64,000 nucleotides of DNA from Phyllobates terribilis. Lineage: Eukaryota. Position numbers and translations under genes: made by a program. Below the pieces are notes generated by a model that worked only from the letters and a program-made list of their open reading frames with translations, ran no database searches and was not told where the DNA came from. Location: NCBI RefSeq assembly GCF_046119375.1, contig NW_027362762.1:354516001-354580000 (forward strand), written 5' to 3'. Positions 46,701 through 58,103 of this stretch are shown here, piece by piece. How positions within the stretch are numbered: position 1 is the first letter of the stretch; each line of letters starts with the position of its first letter.

Positions 46701-49700
46701 CCGGCAATTCAGCAGCGGCATACACCGGTACCCGACAATTTAGAACCGAAAGAATAGAGCTTCACACATAGATTAGATAGATAGAAACATGTCAGCCACA
46801 TATATACGAAGTACAGTGAAAGTGCTGCTTACTGTACTTGTCATTTAGCGTAAAGGATTTATCAAAAAAAATAATAGTGTTTTCATGCACCGTCTCTTTA
46901 AAAAAGCCGGCCGGCAATTCAGCAGTGGTACCCGACAATTTAGAAAAGAAGGAATAGAGAATCACACATAGATTAGATAGATAGAAACATGTCAGTCACA
47001 TATATATGAAGTACAGTGACAGTGTTGATTACTGTACTTGTCATTTAGTGTAAAGGATTTATTAAAAAAAATAATAGTGTTTTCATGCACCGTCTCTTTA
47101 AAAAATCCGGCCGGCAATTCAGCATCTGTACCCAACAATTTAGAATAGAAGGAATAGAGAATCACACATAGATTAGATAGATAGAAACATGTCAGTCACA
47201 TATATATGGAGTACAGTGACAGTGTTGCTTACTGTACTTGTCATTTAGTGTAAAGGATTTATTAAAAAAAATAATAGTGTTTTCATGCACCGTCTCTTTA
47301 AGAAAGCCGGCCGGCAATTCAGCATCTGTACCCGACAATTTATAACAGACAGAATAGAGCTTCACACATAGATTAGATAGATAGAAACATGTCAGTCACA
47401 TATATATGAAGTACAGTGATAGTGTTGGTTACTGTACTTGTCATTTAGCATTAAAATAAAGGATTTATTATTAAAAAAATTGTCGTGGGGTTCCCCTTAA
47501 TTTTAGGCTCTAGCGGAGGTTAAGCAGATGGCTGGGGCAGATGTTTGAAGCCTGGGAAGGGGGTAATACCCACGGAGCTTCCCAGGCTACTAATATCAGC
47601 CCCCAGCTGAATACATAGCCTTTACTAGCTATTAAAATGGGGGACCCCCCAAAAAAAATGACGTGGGGTCCCCCCTAATTTAAGAGCTAGCAAAGGCTAG
47701 GCAGACAGCTGGGGGCTGATATTAATAGCCCAGGAAGGGAGCCATGAATATTGGCCCCCTCCCAGGCTAGAAACACCAGCCGTCAGCCGCCCCAGAAATG
47801 GCGCATTCATAGGATGCGCCAATTCTGGCACTTAGCCTCGCTCTTCCACGCTGCCCTGGTGCGGTGGCAGGGGGTAATAGGGTTGGGGTTGATGTCAGCT
47901 TATAATGCCAGCTGACATCAAGCCCAGGTTAGTAATGGAGAGGCGTCTATAAGACACCCCCATTACTAACCCCATAGTCAAAGTTAAAAAAAACACAAAC
48001 ACCCAGAATAAAGTCCTTTAATTGAAATAAAGACACAATCCTTTATTGTTCTAAATTAAACCATACTTACCGTCACGCCCATTCCAGCTGAAGCCAACGA
48101 TCTCCTGCAATAAAAGAAAAATAATAAAGCAACATCATCCTTACCTTTCCATGGTTCCCACGACAGCTTCAGCTCTGCTACATCGAGATGACAGGCTGGA
48201 CGGCAGCAGAACGCTGCCATCCAGCCTGTCATCCCGCAGACACTGAGAAGCGCAGGCATGCTTGCGCTCTGCAGTGTCTGGCTGTGACGGCATCCAGATG
48301 AGCCGAGTTCATGTCCAATGAACTCGGCGCACCTCATGCATGTCACTGACAGCGTGGGAGAATTCTCCTGCACTCAGCACTTCAGCGTGAGAATTCTCCC
48401 ACGCTGTCAGTGACGTACATGAGGTCAGCTGAGTTCATTGGACATGAATGAGCTCACCTCATGCACTTCACTGACAGCCGCAACCAATCACCGATCTTGG
48501 CTCCACATTTAAACACCGCTGAGCTGATTGGTCGCCGACGCTGGGCGCGACCAATCACCGATTTTGGCGCCACATTTAAATAGCGTCCGCGACCAATCAG
48601 TACAGCGGTGTTTAAATGTGGAGCCAAGATGGGTGATTGGTCGCGGCCGATATTTAAATTTGGCGCCCAAATCGGTGATTGGTCGCGGGCAGCGCCCGCG
48701 ACCAATCAGCGATTTTTAACACAAATGTCCAGACCTTTGTAACACCATGCGGATACTGTGGGGAGATCAGCAGCTAGGGTGTGAAGGGAGGACCGGGGAG
48801 CGGCGCTGCTGGTCGGGATACTTCTGCTGCGAGTACCCGCTCATGTCCCGGGTTCTCGGAGCGGAAGTATCCAACCAGGCAGCGCCGCTGACATCCATGC
48901 GGCTAGGGTGTGAAGGGAGGACCGGGGAGCGGCGCTGACATCCAATTGGTCGCGGCCGCTATTTAAATGTGCTGCACAAATCGGTGATTGGTCGCCGTCT
49001 TGACCGCGACCAATCACTGATCTTGCCGCCAAAGTTAAACACTACTGTGCTGATTGGTCGCGGACGCTGCCCGCGACCAATCACCGATTTGTGCGCCAAA
49101 TTTAAAAATCAGCCTCATGCACGTCACTGACAGCGTGGGAAAATTCTCCTGCACTCAGCGCGAGAATTCTCCCACGCTGTCAGTGACGTACATGAGGTGA
49201 GCCGAGTTCATTGTCGGCTCATCTTTATGCCGTCACAGTCAGACACTGCAGAGCGCAAGCATGCCTGCGCTTCTCAGTGTCTGCGGGATGACAGGCTGGA
49301 TGGCAGCGTTCTGCTGCGGTCCAGCCTGTCATCTCGATGTAGCAGAGCTGAAGCTGTCGTGGGAACCATGGAAAGGTAAGGATGATGTTGCTTTATTATT
49401 TTTCATTTATTGCAGGAGATCGTTGGCTTCAGCTGGAATGGGCGTGGTGGTAAGTATGGTTTAATTTAGAACAATAAAGGATTGTGTCTTTATTTCAATT
49501 AAAGGACTTTATTCTGGGTGTTTGTGTTTTCTTTTAACTTTGACTATGGGGTTAGTAATGGGGGTGTCTTATAGACGCCTCTCCATTACAAACCTGGGCT
49601 TGATGTCAGCTGGCATTATAAGCTGACATCAACCCCAGCCCTATTACCCCACTGCCACCTCTACAGGGCAGTGGGAAGAGCGAGACTACGTGCCAGAATT

Positions 49701-50432
49701 GGCGCATCCTATGAATGCGCCATTTCTGGGGCGGCTGACGGCTGGTGTTTCTAGCCTGGGAGGGGGCCAATATTCATGGCTCCCTTCCTGGGCTATTAAT
49801 ATCAGCCCCCAGCTGTCTGCCTAGCCTTTGCTAGCTATTAAATTAGGGGGGACCCCACGTCATTTTTTTGGGGGGGTCCCCCATTTTAATAGCTAGTAAA
49901 GGCTATGTATTCAGCTGGGGGCTCATATTAGTAGCCTGGGAAGCTCCGTGGGTATTACCCCCTTCCCAGGCTTCAAACATCTGCCCCAGCTGTCTGCTTA
50001 ACCTCCGCTAGAGACTAAAATTAAGGGGAACCCCACGCCAATTTTTTTTAATAATAAATCCTTTATTTTAATACTAAATGACAAGTACAGTAACCAACAC
50101 TATCACTGTACTTCATATATATGTGACTGACATGTTTCTATCTATCTAATCTATGTGTGAAGCTCTATTCTGTCTGTTATAAATTGTCGGGTACAGATGC
50201 TGAATTGCCGGCCGGCTTTTTTTAAAGAGACAGTGCATGAAAACACTATTATATTTTTTAATAAATCCTTTACACTAAATGACAAGTACAGTAAGCAACA
50301 CTGTCACTGTACTTCATATATATGTGACTGACATGTTTCTATCTATCTAATCTATGTGTGAGGCTCTATTTCTTCTTGTCTAAATTGTCGGGTACCGGTG
50401 TATGCCGCTGCTGAATTGCCGGCCGGCTTTTT
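46701..50432. repeat. Long imperfect inverted repeat (arms about 46701-48450 and 49100-50432) with 200-bp tandem units at the outer ends
   Basis: CCGGCAATTCAGCA at 46701, 46911, 47111, 47311 (about 4 units) and inverted at about 50200 and 50415 (2 units); 47470-48450 is the reverse complement of about 49100-50060. Confidence 0.9.
48480..49095. promoter_or_regulatory. Cluster of about 12 GCGACCAATCA (CCAAT-box-like) motifs in alternating orientation at the palindrome centre
   Basis: Motif visible at about 48483, 48527, 48548, 48589, 48634, 48676, 48698, 48944, 48985, 49007, 49051, 49073; function not shown. Confidence 0.35.
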
Positions 50433-50904
50433 TAAAGAAAGCGTCTTCTGAGCAGTTTGTCAGCTTTTGGACACCTTTGAAGGTGTTTTCTATGTGTTTC
50501 TATGTGTTTTTGTTTGCCTGCCATTGGTTTTAACGGTGTTCGACGGTGTTCTAAGGTGTTCGACGAACAGTTCGACGAACAGTTCCTCGAACATCCCGGT
50601 GTTCGACGAACCGAACCGAACCCGAACACTACGGGGGTGGCTCAACACTAATCAAGAGAATGCCAAGAGTGTGCAAAGCAGTCATCAAAGCAAAAGGTGG
50701 CTACTTTGAAGAACCTAGAATATAAGACATATTTTCAGTTGTTTCACACTTTTTTGTTAAGTATATAATTCCACATGTGTTAATTCATAGTTTTGATGCC
50801 TTCAGTATGAATGTACAATTTTCATAGTAAAGAAAATACAGAAAAATCTTTAAATGAGAAGGTGTGTCCAAACTTTTGGTCTGTACTGTATATACATATA
50901 TATA

Positions 50905-50933
50905 CTAGCTATTGAGCCCGCTCTACGCCTGGG
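50905..50933 (-). mobile_element. Helitron-like 3' terminus (short GC hairpin followed by CTAG|T)
   Basis: Minus strand CCCAGGCGTAGAGCGGG-CTCAATAG-CTAG|T; 5' end not identified. Confidence 0.45.
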
Positions 50934-51039
50934 TGGTGAGAATTTTTATTGGTATATGATCTCCCATGCTGGTTTGTGCTGCCCGATCCTGGTATTTGTG
51001 CTCCCCAATCCTGTTCTCCCATCCTGTTATGTGCTGCCC

Positions 51040-52130
51040 TTTTCTCTATCCTGGTACGCATGGCACCCCTCACCCCCAATCCTGGTACCCATGGCACCCC
51101 TCAGCCTCTATCCGGGTATGCATGGCACCCCTCACCCTCAATACTGGTACGCATGGCACCCCTCACCCTCAATCCTGGTATGCATGGTACCCCTCATCCC
51201 TATCCTGGTATACACGGTACTCCTCATCCCTATCCTGGTATGCATGGCCCCTCATCTGAATCCTGGTATGCATGGCACCCCTCATCCCAAATTTGATATA
51301 CATGGCACCCCTCATCCAAATCCTGGTATGTATGGCACCCCTCATCCCCCAATCCTGGAATGCATGGCACCCCCATCCCCCAATCCTTGTATGTATGGTA
51401 CTCAATCTCTCATCCTGGTATGCATGTCTTTCTCATCCCCCAATCCTGGTATGCATGGCACTCCTCATCCCTCAATCCTGGTATGCATGGTACCCCTCAT
51501 CTCCCAATCCTTGTATGCATGGTACCCCTCATTCCCCAATCCTGGTATGAATGGCCCCCATCATCCCCCTATCCTGGTATGCATGGCCCCCCTCATCCCC
51601 CAATACTGGTATGTATGGTACCCCTCATCCCTCAATCCTGGTGTGCGTGGCCCCCTCATCCCACAATCCTGGTATATATGGTCCCCTCACCCCCCAATCC
51701 TTGTATGCATGGTCCCCTCACCCCCAATCCTTGAATGCATGGTCCCCTCACCCCTCAATCCTGGTATGCATGGTCCCCTCACCCCTCAATCCTGGTATGT
51801 ATGGTACCCCTCATCCCCCAATCCTGGCATGTATGGTACCCCTCATCCCCCAATCCTGGCATGTATGGTACCCTTCATCCCCCAATCCTGGTATGCATGG
51901 TCCCCTCATCCCCCAATCCTGATATTCATGGTCACCTCATCCCCCCAATCCTGGTATGTGTGGCCCCCTCATCCCTCAATTTTGGTATGCATGGTACCCC
52001 TCATCCCCCAATCCTGGTATGTGTGGCCCCTCATCCCCCAATACTGGTATGTGTGGCCCCCTCATCCCTTAATCCTGGCATGTGTGGCCCCCTCATCCCC
52101 TAATCCTGATATGTATGGCACCCCTCATCC
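51040..52130. repeat. Minisatellite, about 29-30 bp unit, more than 30 degenerate copies
   Basis: Consensus close to TCCTGGTATGCATGGCACCCCTCATCCCCAA. Confidence 0.95.
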
Positions 52131-52608
52131 CTTTCACACTGCGCACATACAAAAAAATAAACACTTATACTCACCTTTCTTCCCTGTGCTCCAGCGCTGC
52201 GGTGTCCTGTTCTGTCGGAGGCTGGGGAGAGAGTACATTGCCGGAGCACCGCGCTGTCCGGCGCCATTTTGCTGAAGACGCACTGCAAATGTGTCTTCAG
52301 TAAAATGGTGCCGGATAGCGCTATGCACATGCACCGATTGCGACGCCTTTACTCCGTCCCTGGTCTCCTGCGAGAAGAGAGACACTGCGGCAATGCTCCA
52401 CCCGGTCAGGTAAGTATGTAAGTATGGCGCTGGAGATCGCGGTATGCGTTCAGTGTCTACGAATACCGCGATCTCCGGCGCCATACACTCCTCTTACCTG
52501 TAACGGCTCCATGCGTTCTTCTGTCTGGAGCCAGACTGCGCATCGCGCATGCACAGTCTATAGAGGCTTCAGACAGAGGGATGCTTGGACGATTTTATTA
52601 TAGATGTA

Positions 52609-52990
52609 CAGGCAGCTCTTGACTTATGTACATCTGACATACATAAAACACCTAGTTACGAGCATCAGATGTTAAAAAAAAAAATTCTCACCTTACTGCT
52701 CCCCTCTGTGGCTGCCTGCTGTCCGGTCCTCTTTTTTACAACTCTGCTTGCTGGATCTCTGGCCAATTCTTCATAGGCCAGAATTTCTGGCCACATCCAG
52801 GTGCCAGAGGTCACTGTGTGTCATAAGGTCGCAAAGTTGACGTTGTGAACTTATGACGTTCAGTAACATCTGAGGCTTGAATGTGGCAAAAAGTTCAGAA
52901 TTAAAGGGTATAAAGCAGGACAATCTACGTGCTATGGCAGTAAAAGAAGAACCAGATGGCATGGTTACTGCATATCATAAGGTTGCAATG
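52609..52990. mobile_element. Tigger/pogo-like MITE fragment (inverted relative of 54396-54766)
   Basis: TA|CAGGCAGCTCTTGACTTATG start; 52609-52910 is the reverse complement of about 54556-54766. Right boundary approximate. Confidence 0.6.
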
Positions 52991-53049
52991 TCAACTTTCC
53001 GACCTTATGACACGCTGTGACCTGAATGTGGTAAGAAGATCTGATCTAT

Positions 53050-53651
53050 ACTGATGATGCCAAAGATGCAGCATCAGTATAGGTACGTGCCCAACTCTCG
53101 GCAGGCAAGGTCATGCTCACAGTATTTTGGGATCAGCACAGAGTAGTATTGATGGACTTCCTTGCAAAGGGTACCATGATCACTGAGGCATATTATGCTT
53201 CACTGCTGTGGAAATTGCGGAAGGCCATAAAAACCAAGAGACGTGGCATGCTCACCAAAGGTGTCCACCTTCTGCAAGACATTGCACCAGTTCACAACTC
53301 ACATGTTGCCCAAATTGAAGCATGCTCCTGTGACATTGAAATTTTACCGCATCATCCTTATTTACCCGACCTCGCACCATCGAACTTTCACCTCTTTCCA
53401 AAAATGAAGTAATTTTTGAAGGCCAAGCATTTTCCAGATGATGAGACTCTGATTTCTGAAGTCACAACGTGGCTTTTGGATCAACCTGTCGACTTCTACA
53501 AGCAAGGTATTTTACAGTTGCTTAAAGAGATGGAAGAAGTGTGTGTCCCTAGGTGGCACCTATGTAGAGAAGAACTAATAACTGTGCCAAGTTTCATTGC
53601 TCTCAGTCCACAGAAAGTGGGTCAGGGGAAATCTTTAATGAATGCTCCTCG
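53050..53651 (+). mobile_element. 5'-truncated mariner (DD34D) transposase relic with right TIR
   Basis: ORF 53113-53412 MLTVFWD...LLQDIAPVH...PYLPDLAPSNFHLFP (34-residue spacing, third D mutated to N); ends TTTAATGAATGCTCCTCG|TA. Confidence 0.85.
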
Positions 53652-54395
53652 TAAGATCCCTGTGGGAGGAGAGTCAGCACAGCTGTGTTTAGCTGTGTCA
53701 CATCACAAACCCTTCTACCAGCTCTCCTAGCATTGTTAGCTCTGCTATACTGATCTTCTACCACACTGCCTGTCCAGAGATGAGAGCTCAAAAAGGGTCA
53801 GTATTACACGTTTGTTGTGCTCAACTTGTAATCATTCTGCATTGAGATCAAAGCAGGGTATCATAATTTATCACGCAGTAGTAGTCCAGACCAGGTAGAT
53901 TACGACTCATGCAGGAGGTTAGATCAGGAGATCAGAGCTATATAATTACATTATCATTACATATCACACACTGAGAAAGCTATGGTGAGTGTGTTTTTCT
54001 TTCCTTTGAGTGTTTCTGCATGTTTATGATTGGTCATCATAACATAGGGAGAAAAAGTACACGCCCGTGGTGAAAATTGTCTAATAATGCAGACTTAGAC
54101 AACAAAAAGGTAATTCATTAGGTGCCAAATACTATGAATTCAAATGTCTCCATAGCAGAGAGGTAAAATTAAACAAAAAAAAATATTTTAATCCACTTTC
54201 TCGGCCACTATTGCATCTAGTGTCCAATTGAAGCTGAGAAATTTAGTGAAAGGTCCTATTTAATGGTTGTAAAAGTTTTGAAATGATTCTTTTTAGCTTG
54301 ATTATTTTAGAAGATAAAAACCTGGCATTTATAACAGTTGTATATAGAGTTTATATATCCACTTTATAGAAATATTAGAAATATAAAAATATACA

Positions 54396-54766
54396 CAGGC
54401 AGTTACTAAGTTACGAACTAAGTTCTGTAGGTTTATTCTTAAATTTAATTTGTATATAGGTTGGAATAGGACCAGCAAAAAAAAAGAAAAAATATTGCTA
54501 ATTCACCGCTGACCTTTCTTTTACCGCCATAGCACATAGAATATCCAGTCTCTTCACTTTAATTCTGAACTTTTTGCCACATTCAAGCCTCAGATGTTAC
54601 TGAACGTCATAAGTTCACAACGTCAACTTTGTGACATTATAACACACAGTGACCTCTGGCACAGAGGGGAGCAGTAAGGTGAGAATTTTTTTTTTCTTTT
54701 TGACATCTGACATTCGTAACTAGGGGTTTTACGTATGTCAGATGTACATAAGTTGAGAACTGTCTG
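54396..54766. mobile_element. Tigger/pogo-like MITE
   Basis: Degenerate TIRs CAGGCAGTTACTAAGTTACG ... CATAAGTTGAGAACTGTCTG|TA. Confidence 0.6.
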
Positions 54767-55018
54767 TACATATATATATATAAATATATATTTACTATAT
54801 ATCTGCCGTGAATCCTGAGTGATGCAATCATATTACTGCTATGGATTTTTATAAAACATATAGTCAGGATTTTTTCCCCCTACAATGCCTTTCTACATGT
54901 CTACAAATTACATATTTGAAAGGTTGAAAAATGACTTGAAAATATGAAATGATAATCTGAATATTCAAGCAAATTGTTAGCATATATAATACAAAATATG
55001 TCAAAATTGAGGCCTTAC

Positions 55019-55248
55019 CTGGAATGAACTTCTACAAGTTGAACTGTCATTGATTGAAAAAACAAACTTCAAGAACGGTACTGAATCCATTACACCAGAT
55101 AAATCAATTGCACCCTGACAACTTGGGTCAGAAAAAACGTCATTCATATAAAGTTGGCTTTCATTATACCCAGCATAGTAAACGGGGCACAAGTAAATGT
55201 AGAGTTCAATTTGCTGTGGACCGCACGTCACTAAGATGTCATTATAGT
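55019..55248 (-). CDS. ZPLD1-like gene, coding exon of 230 bp (start of ZP-N domain)
   Basis: tttttcttgcag|AC TAT AAT GAC...TTC CAG|gtaagg; translates (D)YNDILVTCGPQQIELYIYLCPVYYAGYNESQLYMNDVFSDPSCQGAIDLSGVMDSVPFLKFVFSINDSSTCRSSFQ with the four ZP-N cysteines; the phase-0 end joins the 14933-15117 exon. Confidence 0.93.
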
Positions 55249-56249
55249 CTGCAAGAAAAATGAAAAATATATATATTGAAAATAAAATTCTACCAATGTT
55301 TTGTCAAATAAATTTATGGAAAATATTTTATAATCATAACATAATTTGCCCTATTAAACATTAAAAAAAATCTAATTAACCAAATAAACTACAAAGTCTT
55401 ACCAAGGAATATGTTAGCAGATTTTGCACTGACTTTAAGGCACTATGTTCCTGAAGGTTCTTTAAACTTAAAGGGAATATATCACCAGGTTTTTGCTATG
55501 TAAGCTGAAGCACCATGATGTAATGGAAGATAGCCTGATTACAGTGATATGTCACTTACTGGGCTGTGTTTTACTGTTGCAATAGAATCAGTTTTTTTAT
55601 CGGCAGGATATACAGGTCAATTTGCCTTGGGTCCCCTAGTACATCCATGCCGCCAGCACTGATTAGCAGTTTTCTCTAACTATACATTGTACACAGAAAG
55701 CTGTCAATCAGTGAAGTGGACGGGGTTATACAAAGCTAAATCTGCAACAGAGAAAAGTGTGATTCTGTCTTAATTGCTGCACCCAATAAACTAAGTGATA
55801 CATCTTTAGAATTAGGGTCTCTGTCCCTACCTCCTGCTGCTGTCAGATTACATAGTAAAAAGCAAAAAAGGAAGAAAGAGACAATGTAATATGGAAATGC
55901 ACACGTATGAGTCAATAGTGTTAAATCAAAAAAATTCCAAAATTTATTAATGTACACTGACACAAACATGCTAAAACCAATTTAAAAAAAACATACAAAA
56001 AGACCATGTCCACAAGTAATCAATAACCTGAAAGTACAGATAATGACATAGATCAATTGCTAGGTACACTCTTCCATAAGAACATGTTACAAATAACCGC
56101 CATACATCAGATACTCCAGTTTGGTTAAACAAAATGGCAGGTATAGAGGATCATATAGGCAGAAACATGTAGGTATATAGTATAATAAAGATATAGAACT
56201 CAAGACCAGACGTCCCTGGAGAGAATATTAAACCTCAGTATAACACCTA

Positions 56250-57868
56250 CAGTACAGACCAAAAGTTTGGACACACCTTCTCATTTAAAGATTTTTCTTT
56301 ATTTTCATGACTATGAAAATTGAACATTCACACTGAAGGCATCAAAACTATGAATTAACACATGTGGAATTATATACTTAACAAAAAAGTGTGAAACAAC
56401 TGAAAATATGTCTTATATTCTAGGTTCTTCAAAGTAGCCACCTTTTGCTTTGATGACTGCTTTGCACACTCTTGGCATTCTCTTGATGAGCTTCAAGAGG
56501 TAGTCACCGGAAATGATTTTCACTTCACAGGTGTGCCCTGTCAGGTTTAATAAGTGGGATTTCTTGCCTTATAAATGGGGTTGGGACCATCAGTTGTGTT
56601 GTGCAGAAGTCTGGTGGATATACAGCTGATAGTCCTACTGAATAGACTGTTCGAATTTGTATTATGGCAAGAAAAAAGCAGCTAAATAAAGAAAAACGAG
56701 TGGCCATCATTACTGTAAGAAATGAAGGTCAGTCAGTCCGAAATATTGGGAAAACTTTGAAAGTGTCCCCAAGTGCATTTGCAAAAACCATCAAGCGCTA
56801 CAAAGAAACTGGCTCACATGAGGAAAGGAAGACCAGGACTCACCTCTATTTCTGAGGATAAGTTTATCCGAGTCACCAGCCTTAGAAATCGCAGGTTAAC
56901 AGCAGCTCAGATTAGAGACCAGGTCAATGCCACACAGAGTTCTAGCAGCAGACACATCTCTACAAGAACTGTTAAGAGGAGACTTTGTGCTGCAGGCCTT
57001 CATGGTAAAATAGCTGCTAGGAAACCACTGCTAAGGACAGGCAACAAGCAGAAGAGACTTGTTTGGGCTAAAGAACACAAGGAATGGACATTAGACCAGT
57101 GGAAATATGTGCTTTGGTCTGATGAGTCCAAATCTGAGATCTTTGGTTCCAACCACCGTGTCTTTGTGCGATGCAGAAAAGGTGAACGGATGGACTCTAC
57201 ATGCCTGGTTCCCACCGTAAAGCATTGAGGAGGAGGTGTGATGGTGTGGGGGGGCTTTGCTGGTGACACTGTTGGGGATTTATTCAAAATTGAAGGCATA
57301 CTGAACCAGCATGGCTACCACAGCATCTTGCAGCGGCATGCTATTCCATCCGGTTTGCGTTTAGTTGGACCATCATTTATTTTTCAACAGGACAATGACC
57401 CCAAACACACCTCCAGCCTGTGTAAGGGCTATTTGACCAAGAAGGAGAGTGATGGGGGGCTACGCCAGATGACCTGGCCTCCACAGTCACCAGATCTGAA
57501 CCCTATCGAGATGGTTTGGGGTGAGCTGGACCGCAGAGTGAAGGCAAAAGGGCCAACAAGTGCTAAGCATCTCAGGGAACTCCTTCAAGATTGTTGGAAG
57601 ACCATTTCTGGTGACTACCTCTTGAAGCTCATCAAGAGAATGCCAAGAGTGTGCAAAGCAGTCATCAAAGCAAAAGGTGGCTACTTTGAAGAACCTAGAA
57701 TATAAGACATATTTTCAGTTGTTTCACACTTTTTTGTTAAGTATATAATTCCACATGTGTTAATTCATAGTTTTGATGCCTTCAGTGTGAATGTACAATT
57801 TTCATAGTCAAGAAAATACAGAAAAATCTTTAAATGAGAAGGTGTGTCCAAACTTTTGGTCTGTACTG
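56250..57868 (+). mobile_element. Full-length decayed DD38E (Intruder-type) Tc1-like element inserted in the PLE inverted repeat
   Basis: TA|CAGTACAGACCAAAAGTTTGGACACACC ... GGTGTGTCCAAACTTTTGGTCTGTACTG|TT; disrupted ORF 56664-57705; 38 residues between D (QQDNDPKH) and E (PDLNPIE); empty site visible at about 63245. Confidence 0.93.
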
Positions 57869-58065
57869 TTTATAATGGCTCATATAGCACATATATAACT
57901 ATATAAATCCATTGTGCGGGCAAAAAAACTGAAATGCAGACTAATATAGCCACTCCAACCTGTCAGAGGCAGTGTTATTCATATAGATCCCCATGTGGTG
58001 GGATGAAGAGGAATGCATGTGGATATGGCAGGGAAAATGGGAGAGGGACCATAGGAGTGAGCGAA

Positions 58066-58103
58066 GCCCACACGTATCGCCGTCAATACGGCTTCATCAG
58101 GGC
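58066..58103 (-). ncRNA. Degenerate hammerhead-ribozyme-like motif in the inverted PLE repeat
   Basis: Reverse complement of the 63016-63053 motif, identical in sequence. Confidence 0.55.

Larger units (their letters stand above)
46412..50650 (+). mobile_element. hAT-C: 4,239-bp non-autonomous member of the same hAT family with a large internal palindrome
   Basis: ATCAAGAG|TAGAGATGAGCGG ... GGCTCAACACTA|ATCAAGAG: perfect 8-bp TSD and the family's two end types, in opposite orientation to hAT-A/B; no transposase. Confidence 0.95.
19285..50888 (+). mobile_element. DD38E (Intruder-type) Tc1-like element split into three pieces (19285-19748, 45468-46411, 50651-50888) by two hAT insertions
   Basis: TA|CAGTACAGACCAAA ... 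TTTGGTCTGTACTG|TA; the pieces rejoin to about 1.63 kb collinear with the uninterrupted copy at 56250-57868; ATG at 19699; WSDE, QQDNDPKH, SPDLNPIE with 38-residue spacing. Confidence 0.93.

Noticed and set aside
48056-49464. Short ORFs in the palindrome arms and centre
   Set aside because: Mirror-image ORFs from inverted repeats with no recognisable domains.
50854-52275. 473-aa ORF and overlapping ORFs
   Set aside because: Translation of a stop-poor 29-30 bp minisatellite; repetitive Pro/Trp/His-rich peptides in all frames, no domain.
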